A DNA stretch of 64,000 nucleotides, taken from Camelus dromedarius. Its lineage: Eukaryota. The notes beneath the pieces are model-generated. The model was given only the letters and a program-made list of their open reading frames with translations. It was not told where the DNA came from and did no database searches. This document shows, piece by piece, positions 41,050 through 55,984 of this stretch. The DNA lies in NCBI RefSeq assembly GCF_036321535.1, contig NC_087437.1:87670001-87734000 (forward strand). Direction: 5' to 3'. The first letter of the stretch is position 1. The number at the start of each line of letters is the position of its first letter. A program made the translations under genes and the position numbers.

Positions 41050-41460
41050 CAAGTTACAAAAACTGAGAGAGTGCAATGATCGGTTAATATCAAACCAAGC
41101 CAAAGAGTATATGCTTGGAATATACATATTAAAAATTTCTACAAATTAATAAGAAATAGAGCACACAATAGTATGATGAGCAAAGCTTGTGAAGGCAAGA
41201 CACAAAGGAAACCTAGAAGATCATGAAAATATGTTTAAGGTAATTAGCAATAAGAGATGTAAAAAATTTTAATATAGTACAAGGAAATCAATATATTAGT
41301 ATGAACTGTATTATTAATATAAGCCAGGAATTTAAAACCCTGAAAATGAGTGATGATGAGATGACAAAGCAGTAGGAGCTCTCATACATTATTTGTTGGT
41401 GTGTATAATAGTGGTAATTTGGCATTATCTAGCAAATTTTAAAATGCTTTCATGCTATAT
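41050..41460 (+). mobile_element. old L1 (L1ME-like) fragment
   Basis: 'ctacaaattaataagaaa','gtaggagctctcatacatt','ttggcattatctagcaaa'. Confidence 0.55.
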
Positions 41461-41467
41461 TCCTATA

Positions 41468-41970
41468 CTGTTCCATTCTGGCTGTTGAGTGTTTGAAACA
41501 TGGCTAGTCTGAATTATGAAGTGCTCTAAATGTTAAATTCAACAGATTTTGAAGCCTGAAAACAAAAAATAAAATAAAATATCACACTAATATTTGTAAT
41601 ATGAATTTAAGGTTTCCCAACCTTAACACTATTAACATTTTAGACTGGAGACTTCTTTGTTGGCAGCTATTCGTTGCATTCTATGATAATTAGCAGCATT
41701 CCTGGCCTTTACCTAGTCGTGACCTAGAATGTCTAAAACATCTTCCAGTGGTGACAATCAAAAATGTCTGTAGACATTGTCAGATATCCCCTGGGGGCAA
41801 AATCAACCCTGGTTGAAAACAAATCTTAATTACACTTTGAAATGGAAAAATTTAGGTATATGTTATATAAAATATACTATTAAAATAATTTTATCTACTT
41901 CTTTTTGCTTTCTAATGTGGCTACAAGAAATTACATATGACTCATGTTATATTTTTACTGGACAACACTG
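41468..41970. mobile_element. MER33 (hAT-Charlie) split by MER20
   Basis: 'tggctgttgagtgtttgaaacatggctagtctgaatt' ... 'aatgtggctacaagaaaattacatatgactca...tactggacaacactg'. Confidence 0.75.
41608..41825 (+). mobile_element. MER20 (hAT-Charlie)
   Basis: 'ggtttcccaaccttaacactattaacatttt...ttagcagcattcctggcct...gtgacaatcaaaaatgtctgtagacattgtcagatatcccctgggggcaaaatcaaccctggttga'. Confidence 0.9.
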
Positions 41971-42039
41971 TTGCAATCATCAATTCTACTCTAAGTTATA
42001 TATTCTGAGGCAATGTTTCACATGTACTTAAAGGGCATA

Positions 42040-42170
42040 AAATTTACCTGATATAAAATTCAGACTATGATTCAGTATATTTGAGACGAGGTGACAGACT
42101 GCATTTCTAACATGATCCTAGGTGAGACTGATGCTACTAACCCATGGACCAGATGTTGCACAGTATGACT
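42040..42170. mobile_element. MER5-type hAT-Charlie fragment
   Basis: 'tgattcagtat...ctgcatttctaaca...aggtgagactgatgct...catggacca'. Confidence 0.7.
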
Positions 42171-42211
42171 CTTGAGAACTTCCTGTGATGTGCAAAATAG
42201 GATGTGAAAAA

Positions 42212-42445
42212 GAATGTATATGGTGACTATCGTTAATAACACTGCCTTGCATATTTGAAAGTTACTAAGAGAGTAGAACTTAGAAGTTATCATCACAAGA
42301 AAAAAATTTTATAACTATATATGTGTATGGATGTTAACTAGACTTACTGTGGTGATCATTTTTCAATATATACTTATATCAAATCATTATGTTGTGCACC
42401 TGAAACTAATATAATTTGTCAATTATGCCTCAATGACAAAAAATT
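42212..42445 (+). mobile_element. L1MA/MB-like extreme 3' end
   Basis: 'atggtgactatcgttaataacactg...ttactgtggtgatcattt...atcattatgttgtgcacctgaaactaatata'. Confidence 0.88.
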
Positions 42446-44739
42446 TAAAGAATGTCAAGGCAACATTGTAAGTAATGTAAAAAATGTAAGTTAACTACTC
42501 AACCAAAAATTGAATACATAAATTGTAATAACTTTACACTATGCAATTATATGCAATTATATAATACACATGTATGTATATGTATATAATTGTGTATATA
42601 CATGTATAGATAATATAGATATATAGACATCAGTGGAAATGAAAGTGAATAACCTACCTATATCTCACAACAAGGGTAAATTTCAAAAACATACTCCAGG
42701 TCAAAAAATACATATTTTAAAATGTTAAAATGCATTATAATGAAGTATGTACAAAGCTTTAAAACATTCCCAAGAATAGATTTATATGTCTTCATAAATA
42801 TTTAGTAAATTTCTAAAAAAAATAGACAAATATGACTTACAGCAAATTCATGACTGTGGTTACTTCTGGAGGGTGCAGGATAAGATTGGGTTCCTGGGTA
42901 GTTTTATACATGGAGGTTAGCACTCATATTATTTCTTTAACACATGAATTAAACATAACCAGAGAATAAGATTTGATAAAGCTGGGTAGTGGTATAAAGA
43001 CTTTCCTCAACATATTATCATTCTCTATGGGTTTAGAATATTTCATAATTAAAAATAAACAAATGCACAAATAAATAAAAAAATAGTATAAGAAGTCTGG
43101 CAATGAATATTGAAGTAGAGAATATAGAATTTTAAAAATATTTTAATAGACTCTAAAACAATGGAAATGCATTTCTCCTGAAGATATCTCATAATAATGT
43201 GAATTTTCTGTATGTACCTTTTGTAAAGCCACAAATGATACCAACAAGTGGAAAGGATTGGAACAGCAAAATTGTTATGCTACATATTTCCTCTAAAATA
43301 GCGGAGACAGCACAAGTTTCATTTTTATAGCATTTGTTTTAAGTTGGTTATAAAAGAATTAACAATCTATTAAAGATTTGGAAAATATAGAAAATAAAAA
43401 GAAAAAAACATACCCATTTTCTAAACACTCCATTATAACTATTCCCCAGTAACAACCACCTTTATTCAACGTTTTGGTGTTTACTTCCAGTCACTGTGTC
43501 TTTCTCATATATATGAAATAGACTTTACACAAATACACACACACAGATACATATATACATAATTTCAATGTTTTGCAAGGTAGAATCATATATAAACTGC
43601 ATGTGATCTGTCTTATAATCTGAGTATGTTTTCATTTAAATCATAAATGATATATTCTTTCTCTTTTCACTGTCTCTTATTGAAAAGTTCCTGTTTGAAA
43701 TTTAAATGCAGTAATTTAGCTATCTCCTCTTTGTTTCACTTTCTTTTTTCAACACCCAGTCAGGATCACTATCCATGCCCAAGTCTTCTCAGCAAGATAT
43801 TTTCCTAAAGAAGGTAGTTCCATTCCTAACGTAAATGTGGGTACAGTATTAGAAATAACGTTTTTCTCATTAGGAAAAGCATTATATATATGGATCATGA
43901 TGTAGTTAAACAATTTTCTATTAATGATCATCTAGACATTTTCCAATCCCTATTACAGAGAAACACAATGCTTACTTGTCTGTATGACTTTCCATAGTCA
44001 TGATAATTTCTTTAAAATAAATTCCAAGGAAGATGATCATAAGGAAATTATTATGTATATTATTAAGGCTTTGATATTATTGTCAATTGTCATCCAGATA
44101 TGTCATACCACTTTATAGTAATTGGTTTGATCAAAATGTGACAACTCATAGAATCCAATTTCCTACCCAATTGCCATGTAACCTATTTGCATATCCAGGC
44201 CTTTCCATTTAAGGAAAAAGGGATTAATGAGATGCAATTAATATCTTTTCTTATTACTTTTCAGATGATCTCTCTTAGTTAAATATAGTTAATTTTGAGT
44301 CCTTTGCGCTTCTTAAATCTGGTCTCATCTGTACAAGATCTGGCAGAAATTTCTTAACCTTTCTGGCACGACACGTTTCTGATTTTGAAATCTCTTGGTA
44401 TCTCAGTAGAAGCTGGGGTAGGAAGTCGGATATTTGTTGTTGCCATGCATTTTTCCCCTTAAGTTTCATGCAATTTTACTTCCAAATTAAGAAATTAGAA
44501 AATAATGGTTAAAGAATTCTTTTGAAAAAAACCTTGAAATTAGACACAGTTCTGATTAAGAACAAAATAAATAACTGCCAATACAATGGAGAAGTTAAAA
44601 ACAACTAAATAATAGCCCCCTCAAAAAGAAAAATAAAGAAACTGCAATGAGGCATAAAGTTTAGAAAATAAGCTAAAAGATGGAAAAGTAAACATGTAAG
44701 TTACATCAACAAATAAAAATCAGTTGAACACCTTGGTTT

Positions 44740-44930
44740 CATTTAATTCCATAAATATTTATTGAGTAATTGATACGTGCCAGGTACCACAAGGACCTGA
44801 GAAGTTAATGGTAAACAAGATAGATACATGCCTTCCACTCATGAAATTTACTCTAATAGAGAACATATTAAACAAGTAATTACACAAGTGAGGTGCATCA
44901 TCAAAAGAGATGTTCAGGATGAATAGAGCA
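44740..44930 (-). mobile_element. L2 3' end
   Basis: 'aaatatttattgagta...gtgccaggtac...catgccttccactcatgaaatttac'. Confidence 0.7.
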
Positions 44931-45254
44931 CATGTCAAGTGTTTTCTAAAGAGGTTGGAGAAAGCTTTGAACACATTATATCATACCTAAGTCCTTCCTC
45001 ATTATCAGAGATCAGTTATGCTCAAGCCAACACCATATTTAATACTGATATACTGGAAAGGAACACTTTTAACATAAGAAATAAAATGAGGATGACTGCT
45101 GTCATCTGTAACATTTTTATGTATGTTCTCACCAAGACAAAATGTACCAAAAAAGAAATTCAATACTAATCTTATGGGAAAGAAGCAGAGAGATGAACCA
45201 TTATTTATTTCAGAATTTAAAAAAAGACAAAGAACTTCAATAGCATTAACTCAA

Positions 45255-46200
45255 TATTAACACACACTTTAGGGACTAGGTAAAAAGCCAAAATGGTGAA
45301 CAAGAAGTTCTCAGTCTAGTGAGTGAAGACTGACAAGGAAAGATTGCTTTATAATATGGTTAAAAGCAGCATACAGAGTGAAAACAGAGTTTCATGGTGA
45401 TAGGAAGGCCAAATAAACCCTTTCTTTGTAAGCGGATCAGGGAAAGACTTCTCAGAAGATGTTAAGACAAAATAGAGCAAAAATGCATAGATGGAAAGAT
45501 CTCTCTGGACAGCAGAATTGTTGATTTATTTAGAAGTGAAAGATGCAAAACAGGCCTTGGCACATTCTTTGCACTGTAAAGAAATTAGTGTGGCTGAGAC
45601 TGGAGAAGAATAAGAAATCAGTTTTGAAAGATTATCACGATTCAATCATAAAAGGAATTTAGACTTGCCCCAGAAAACCACAGGCAATGATAAAAGGGTT
45701 ACAAACAGTGGAGAGGCATTACCAAATTTTGTCTCAGAATTGCATTCAAAAGTTAAGGTGCATGCTTAGAAGACATTGCAGCAATCCAGCTCACAAATGC
45801 TGAGACTACAACTAGATTAGTGGCAATGGGATTGGAGAAAAAAGCTGGATTCTGGAGATAATAAGGCCATAGAACTCACAAACTTGTAGAGGGGCAGGAA
45901 ATGAGAAAAACAGTCAAACATGACTCCATGACAGATGGTGGTACATCCACTGAAATAGGGAACACAGAGGTCAAAGGACTGTAATGTAAAAATGCAAATT
46001 GTAAGTGTAAAAATAATAAATTCTGGTTTGGCCATGTTGAGTTTGAGATGCCTGCACAGTGTTTCAATTGAGAACGTCTCATATGCAGTCTGGTGATCAG
46101 AGAGATGTGGAGTGGAGAGGCAGAATTGTGAGTCATTAGTGTGTGCAAGAGAAATGAATTCTATCCCTTGGGGATAGAGATAATCACTTAAGGTGAGTAG
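45255..46200 (-). mobile_element. L2 fragment
   Basis: 'gggaaagacttctcagaag','ttgcagcaatccag','gatggtggtacatccactgaaatagggaacac','tttggccatgttgagtttgagatgcct'. Confidence 0.75.
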
Positions 46201-46850
46201 ATAAGATAATTCCCTTCTCTTTCCACTACCAGGAGACCCAGTAGAACAAAAACATTTTTTAAACATTTTTATTAACCCATTTAGGTTGTGTAGGTAGAAG
46301 TGAAGAGCAGGTGACTTTAGAGCTCATAATTTAAATGTTGGCACAGTCAGCATGAGGTAGGGTTATCTGCACCAGTTAGTTATTCTTTCTGGAGATTCAC
46401 TAACTAAGGTTGAGTAATTCGTTGCACTTCAGAGTGTGGGATCTTAGCACAGAAGATTTTTTCCTAAGATTCCTTTCTATATATTTTTACCTGCTGAACA
46501 TGATCTGAATTTTCTTTAGAGACAGGGAAACAGATCAGCATAAATTGGCTTAAGGATCCTGTTATTATCATATTTTATGAGGAAGGAGATTAACAATGAG
46601 TTAGATACTGTTCAGGAGAAGACAAATGAGGTATTTCTGGTCTATGGCCAATTACGATGAATGTATTTAACAATTATTTTATAGTTTATAGTGGCTACTA
46701 TAAGTTAGGTGTTTGGTTAAAAACAATTTTGGCTTCTAGGAGATCATGGCCTATTGTTTAATTAGAAAATAGACTTAAGAGCAATCATTTCTCTTAACTA
46801 CGTGCTTCATCAGCTAAAATCTAGACTCACACATAGTTAACACCAAGAAT

Positions 46851-46856
46851 TTTAAT
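46851..46856 (-). terminator. candidate poly(A) signal ATTAAA for the 731-aa gene
   Basis: ATTAAA on minus ~77 nt past the stop, followed by GU-rich 'tggtgtt..tgtgtg'; other ATTAAA copies at 46932-46937 and 46757-46762. Confidence 0.35.
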
Positions 46857-46932
46857 AAGGATGGTAGAAAATCAAACTCTAATGTCAAAGAACTAAGAGG
46901 TCAATTGCTTTCAAAGAAACAAAAAAGTTAAT

Positions 46933-49140
<2,208 letters not shown>

Positions 49141-49469
49141 TCATGGAGGTCTTTCTAAAAGCAGTTAGCTTGCAGGAATGTTTTAGTAACTAATAGAGTC
49201 TTTTAGCTGGATTCCATGGACAACAAATACTTACAAGTAAACTTTGATAGTTACTACCATCTATCTTGTAATCTTTCTGTTAACTCCTAAATATTACAGA
49301 GTATCTTAAAATTGAAGTGTAGATAAGGTTGAAAACAGCGTCACCGGCTGAACTTCTTCTGTCTTCTCTTTCGTTTCCTAGAGTTTTTCCCTCTTGAAGA
49401 AATTATGCCTGTTAACAAAATGGTAAAGATGGTTCAGAAGAAATCCTAGTAGAGATATTAATTTTCTCA

Positions 49470-49650
49470 GACAATTTGTAGTGACTAGAGGACTACTCTG
49501 TGTGTAACTTTTGGATTAAACATTTTAAACCCCTAGCTGCCCAACTGTAAAATAGACAAATATAATGTTTATTGGGCGAAAGTCTAACATACATATCTAA
49601 AATGTGTAACGGTGCCATGAAATAAGAGATACTCAATAAAAGGTAATAGC
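49470..49650 (+). mobile_element. MIR fragment
   Basis: 'tgtgtaacttttgga...ctgtaaaatag...actcaataaaaggtaatagcta'. Confidence 0.55.
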
Positions 49651-49749
49651 TATTTACAGTACTTTTTCAATGATTACTTTAGTTAAAAAAAATCTGATCT
49701 CTTTATTGTATGAAATAAGAGAATCTTAGAGAAAAGTGAAATGGAAGTT

Positions 49750-51150
49750 CTTCTGATACGTCGGCTTTCAGTTTAGATTCAGTTACCCATCAGTATCAAC
49801 TTTTAGCTTACTTCCAAAAGTCCATAATTCTAGTTTAATGGCTGTTGCATACTTTCAGTCTCGTTCTTATTTGTCTCTATTGCAGCTTTTGAAATTGTTG
49901 ATCACTACCTTTTAAAACTGTCTTTATTCATGTTCATTATTTCTCCCAACTCTGATTCACTCCATTTATTCTCTTATTTCTTTCCAGGCCCTCACTGAAT
50001 TCTTTCCTTTTGTTCTCAACACAGTGTAGTTCTCAGAGTTACATCACCAGGTCTGTCCTATTTTCATTTTATTCCTAAGAAATCATCTTAGTTATGTTTA
50101 GGATTTTAAAATGAACTATAGAAACTTCATAAAAGAACAGAACCTTCTTGTAGCGGGCCAAAAGTGATACCAGCATTTACCACTCGGGAAAAATAGATAT
50201 GCTGTTTCTTAAAAGGCAACACATAGTGCAACATAACACTATTTCAGTGCATTTTTATGGTCAAGGGTTTGTTCTTTAAATTTTAATGTTTAAGACACAC
50301 CGTATGACAAAACAACCAAAAGTGATTCCAACAGACCCTGGGATTAGCCAATTAGACCACTGGCCTTAAGACCCTTGAAGAATGATAACTATTAGAATTT
50401 GGTTTCATGATTTTTTTCTATACTTCTATGATTCATTAATCCAATTTCCAAAGGACACTTTTATTCCTCATATATGTCCACTTATCTAATTATTTACTAT
50501 CAACCTATTACTGCTAGAATGTTTTCTCTTATGTCAAGGTGTCTTTTCACATATTTAATCTTACTTAACATTTATTTTAAAATACATCTTATAGGTATTT
50601 TAATTCACTTGTTTTCAAGTATTGGGTCATTCTTTGTGGAATTCTCCAAGTATCAACCATAGTATTTATACACCAATAACTTCCTAATTTTTTGTCTCTA
50701 GTCCTGGTTTTCTCTTTAGCTTTGAAGTTGTATTTCCAACTAATCATCAGACTTCTCTAACCAAAGTCCCCAAAAGAATTCAAACACAAAACATATAAAA
50801 ATCAAGAAAGTTATTTCTCCTTATAAAGAAATCTTCTTTTTCTGTATCTTCTATCTCAGTTCCTAAATCCTAGTTATCTAATTCAGTCTTTGAAATCATC
50901 CTCGACAGCTTCACAATCCAAAACCATTTAGACACCAGGACCTGTTGACTTTCTCTCTTTCATGTCTTAATTTATCTTTTTCTATCCAATTCCACTATTT
51001 AAATTTATACTATAGTCATATCTCATCTAAATTAGTATATTACCATATTAACCTCTATATAGCTTTCCTCCATAACCTCAGTTGCTCTCTTCCCTCTCCT
51101 CTGCCAGACATCCAAAAGCAAACTCTTGCCAGTGAGACACAGCTTCTGCT
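49750..51150 (+). mobile_element. degraded L2 (sense), probably interrupted
   Basis: 'gaaattgttgatcactacc','tatttccaacta','cttctatctcagtt','tcatcctcgac'. Confidence 0.5.
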
Positions 51151-51339
51151 CACCCCAAAATTTCCTTCATTTTGCTTTTGTCTGCATGAATAGTAAAGAC
51201 TTGTGACTGCTGGATTTTGTGTGGTATATTTTTACATCCAGTACTCTAAAGAGGTGAGGGAACAGTACACCCCACTGTGTACCATGTGGCACTGTAACAA
51301 ACTTCTAGAAGGTAGTATGGAGTCCCTCTGTGATCTCGA

Positions 51340-52455
51340 TGTGTGGAAGGATTTGTTAAACAGAACATAAAAAGCTGTAACCATTCAAAATTGATAAATT
51401 AAAATCAAGAACAAATCATCAAGAGATATGATATTTAGAAAGAGTTATAGGCAAGTTGAAAAATGTGAAAAAATATTTACAATACATAAATCTGAAAAAA
51501 AGATATATCTGTGACAGCTTCTGCAAGTTGCTAAGAAAAGACAATGCAATTAGAATCATAGGCAAAATGTATGAATAAGCACTTCACAAAGGAGGGTATC
51601 CAAATGCTAATGCGTATACAAAAAAAAGAAAGCTAAGCCTCCTTAGAAACCAGTGAAGTGCGTATTTAAACCCACAGAGAGATCTACTACATATTATCAG
51701 GATGTGATCAAGATAATATGAAATGTGACAAGGCCAATAATTGGTGGTTATATAGATTAATTAGTATGTTTCATATTTTACACACACATATATATGTATA
51801 TATTATATTCCATTCAGGTATACTCCAAAAGGCATGCATTGCATGATATTGGCATCTAAATACATATACTAGGATATTCATTACAGCATTATTCCCAATA
51901 GGTTCAAACTAGGAATAACTGTCAATCAATAATGGAATATATACAGGGGGGAGTATAGCTCAGTGGTAGAGTACATGCTTAGCATGCATAACGTCCTGAG
52001 TTCAATCCCCAGTACCTCCATTAAAAAAATTAAAAATAAATAATAAACAAACCTAATTACCCCTAAAAGATAATAGAATATATAAATTAATTATGATATA
52101 TTCATTCAATAAAATACCAAACAACAGTGAAAATTATCAGAAGATCTAACATTATGCAACTACATGGATTAATACCACACACAAAATGTTGAGTAAAAGG
52201 TATGACATGTACAAAAATAACTCATAATTTTATGCATGAAAGTACAACATGAATCTATACTATGGTGTTAATAATGAAGATAAAATACATCTGGGGAGAT
52301 GGAGATTAGGAAGGACCACAAAGCTTCTGGGGTGGTAATAATGTTCTGTGTCTTGACCTGGATGCTGACTGTATGAGTAAATTAGTCTATGATAATTGAG
52401 CTCTAACACTTACACTATGTAAATTCTATGTTTCTTAACGTCAGTAAAAAGTTCT
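51340..52455 (+). mobile_element. old L1 (L1ME-like) 3' region hosting the SINE
   Basis: 'gcacttcacaaaggagggtatccaaatg','attcattacagcattatt','atgttgagtaaaag','gttctgtgtcttgacctggatg'. Confidence 0.7.
51946..52069 (+). mobile_element. tRNA-Ala(AGC)-derived SINE (camelid Vic-1 type)
   Basis: ggggggagtatagctcagtggtagagtacatgcttagcatgcataacgtcctgagttcaatccccagtacctcca, A-rich tail and 'acctaattacccct'; TSD ataatggaatatata (51929-51943) / ataatagaatatata (52070-52084). Confidence 0.88.
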
Positions 52456-52778
52456 AAAATGCCTAACTTGATGTTAATTTGAAAAGACACATCTGACACA
52501 AAATTTCACTGAAAGGTGAGACATTAAAGTATCAACCAAGTTCTGGCACCCAGATACAATGAAAACTTTAAAATAAAAAAAGGTGAGGTGGAAAGAATGC
52601 AACGGGGGAAATCCTGCTATCATATGGAGAGGAGTAAAGGAATTCAAAACAAATGGGACTAACAAGAATTTAAAACAAAACCCAGAGAAAAATAAATTTC
52701 TGAATTTTTTTTTACTTTCAGACTTACTCAGCAAATGGCATTCCTGTTTCAAAGAATACATTTTGCTATAGCATATAT

Positions 52779-52842
52779 ATATTAAAGATAATGTAAGAAG
52801 TAGTAGAAATATATTAAAGATAATGTAAGAAGTAGTAGAAAT
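52779..52842 (+). repeat. perfect 32-bp tandem duplication
   Basis: atattaaagataatgtaagaagtagtagaaat x2. Confidence 0.97.
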
Positions 52843-53864
52843 TTGAATGAAGCTGTAACTATGGAAGAAAATAAACATAATTTATACAAGAATTAACTCA
52901 CAAATACTCTCTGTCCCCAAATTCTTTTAAAGCTGAGTCCTTTCAAACTTTCAATGAAGATATATTTATAATGTTATGTGAACTTTTTCAGAATATGTTG
53001 TAATTCTGATATTAAAACATGACAAAAGTACTTTAAATTAATATGAAAATAAAAAAGAGATATCACTTATACTATATGTAAATTTCTAAATAAAATAAAA
53101 CATTTAATATTACAATAAAATAATTGTGGACTATCATCAATTTGATCTTACTCAAAAAATGTAATGATAATTTATTATTAGGAAACTTTATAATTTGTCA
53201 TGTTCATAATCACAAATCTTAATAGGTGCTCAAAAAAGTCATTTTACATAATCCAATCTCCATTTCTCATAAAAAATCAGTAACCTACTAAGAAAAAAAT
53301 AGTTATTTAATGAAAACAGACATCAATCTGAAAGCAAACTCAAATCATTCAGTTGGTATTGAAATGGCTATTCCCATTATTAACTGATAATAGACAAGCA
53401 TATGCAGTATCATTACTACAATTTAATGTTGTTTGATACATACATTGAAAGGCAGAAATTAAATCTCTATGCATAGCATATAACTGAAAATTCAATTTAT
53501 AATATAGAAAACCTAATAGAATCAATAGAATATTAAAATTCAAAAAGTCCAATGTCATTCATTACTAAGTCAATATACATGGATTAAGAAATTTCCCAAA
53601 TATTAACATTTACCAAGATATGAGATGATGATAGCTACTTTACACATAACTAACTCTAACAATTCAATAAAAACCCAAACATCCAATTACAAAAATGAGC
53701 GATGACTTGAAAATTTTATAGAAAAGAAATACAAATGCCTGGTAACCAAGAAAAGACAACAGTTTGCTATGTCTTGTTCTTTTGTACCTTTCATTTACCT
53801 TTCCAGTGTACAGATGATCTTGGCTCCTTCATTCTACTTATTTTTTCAAAACACATTTCTAATT

Positions 53865-55085
53865 AATAGAAAAATTATAATTGGAAATTGTAGTAACATT
53901 TTCATTAATAGATAGAAACAAGGAGAAAATCAGTAAGCATATGTACGATTTGAAAAACACTATCAACTACTTGACCTGTTTGATATTGCAGAACACTCCA
54001 CTTCAAAACATTCAAGTGCATATGGAACATTTACCAAAATATTATACACATAACATGTCTCAACAAATTCACATGGGTTTGAATCATGCATAGTATGTTC
54101 TTGGATTTGGTAATGAAATTAAATTATAAATCAGTAACAGAAATACCTATGAAAAATAAACAAATACTTAGAACTAAATAATATACTTCTAAATAACCCA
54201 TGAATTAAAGAAAACAAAAAGAAAATTAGGAATTCCTTTGCAATGAATGAAAATAAAAATACAATGTATAAAAATGCATGGGATGCTGCTAATGCAGAAT
54301 GTAAAAGGAGAAGATATCTGTAACATTAAATGACTATGTAAGAAAATAAATGTTTGAATAATGACATTAACTTGTTCCTTAAGCAACTAGAAAAAGAAGA
54401 GCACATTAAACCAAAATTAAGTAGAAGAAAGAAAATTATAGATATTGGAAGATAAATCAATAAGACAGAAACAGGAAAAGTGAGGATACCAAAAGTTGGT
54501 TATTTGAGATCAATGGAATTGAAAACATTTAGCCAGACAGATCAGATGGAAAACAAGAAAATACAAGTTACAAATATCAGGAATGAGAGAGCTGCCATTT
54601 ATATTTAATATCTGCATATATTAAAAAGGATAATAAGGTAATACTGTGAATAATATTATGATAATATATCAGACAACTCAGATGAAAGGTACATATATCT
54701 TGAAAGATAAAAATTGCCAAAGTTCACTCAAGAATAAATAGACAACCTGAAGATCCCTATATTTATTAAATAAATTGAATTTGAGTTAAAAACCTTCCCA
54801 CAAAAAAACCCCACAAGACTCTGATGGTTTCACTGGTGCATTCTATGAAACAGTTAAGAAAGAAATAATACCAATTTTTTAATCTTCCTCTTCCAGAAAA
54901 TTAAAATGGAACAATTTCTTCCTAACTCATACTATGAACCAACCATTACCCTGATAACAAATTCAAACAAAAACATTGTTAGATTTCAAAAAAACAACAG
55001 ACCAATATTCTTCATATAGATGCAAAAATTCCAAACAAAATTTTAGCAAAATCAAATCTAAAAATATATCAAAAGGATAACACAC
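53865..55085 (+). mobile_element. L1 ORF2 fragment (end of EN to start of RT), disrupted
   Basis: 'gaaaatcagtaagcat','catatggaacatttacca','ccttaagcaactagaaaaagaagagca','gatggtttcactggtg','cattaccctgata'. Confidence 0.88.
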
Positions 55086-55415
55086 TTCCTCAAAATCCAT
55101 GAACGCAATCTTATCATAAGAAAACACCAGACAAGCCTACACTGAGAAAATTTCTATATATTTCACCAGTACTCTTCAAATGTGCCAATGTCATGAAAAA
55201 TCAGGAAAGACAGAGAAACTGTTATACCCTGGAGAAATTTAAACATAATGACTAAAGGCAACATGGTGTCTGGATTGGATCTTGGGTCAGCAAGAAGATA
55301 TTATTGTAAAAACTGGTAAAATTCTATTAAAATTTGTAATTTGGTTAATAGCATTGTACCAATGTTCATTTCTTTGTTTTGATAAATGTGCCTTTTTTAT
55401 GTAAGTTACTATGAA
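55085..55415 (+). mobile_element. L1MC/ME-type 3' UTR fragment
   Basis: 'ccagtactcttcaaatgtg','ctggattggatcttgg','aatagcattgtaccaatgttcattt'. Confidence 0.7.
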
Positions 55416-55530
55416 AATCTCGGTAAAGAGTTGAAATGCAAAAGTGCTAGAATAGACAAAACAACTTTGAAAAAGAAGAAAGTTGGAAGAACAACATTAC
55501 CTGATTTCAAGATATTAAAAAGTGACAATA

Positions 55531-55970
55531 TTTGGGTTGGGTTGTTTGGCTTTTTCTTATTAAGTTGTATGAGCTGTTTATATATTATGGAAATTAAGCC
55601 TTTGTCAGTCTCATCTCTTGCAAATATTTTCTCCCATTCTGTAGATTGTCTTTTTGTTTTGCTTATGGTTTCCTTTGCTGTGCAAAAGCTTATGAGTTTA
55701 ATTAGGTCCCATTTGTTTATTTTTGTTTTCATTTCTATTGCTTGGGTGTTTGAGATTTGCAGATACTAACTATTATATATAAAATAGATAAACAACAAGT
55801 TTCTACTGTATAGCATAGGGAACTATATTCAGTATCTTGTAGTAACTTATGGTTAAAAAGAATATGAAAACGAAAATATATACGTTCCTATATGACTGAA
55901 GTATTGTGCTATACACCAGAAATTGACATAATATTGTAAACTGACTATACTTCAATAAAAATATATTTTT
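55531..55970 (+). mobile_element. 5'-inverted (twin-primed) young L1 insertion
   Basis: Antisense ORF2 segment ~55531-55744 ([27 protein letters not shown]) fused to a sense 3' UTR ~55745-55970; perfect TSD aaaaagtgacaata (55517-55530 / 55971-55984). Confidence 0.9.
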
Positions 55971-55984
55971 AAAAAGTGACAATA

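Noticed and set aside
45817..46266. 149-aa ORF downstream of the gene, as a possible extra exon
   Set aside because: L2-derived, and the main ORF already ends in its own stop
51946..52020. tRNA-Ala gene
   Set aside because: Stem mismatches, A-rich tail, SINE-specific 3' part and TSD indicate a SINE
55386..55769. Overlapping 127-aa and 107-aa ORFs
   Set aside because: Products of the inverted L1 ORF2 fragment
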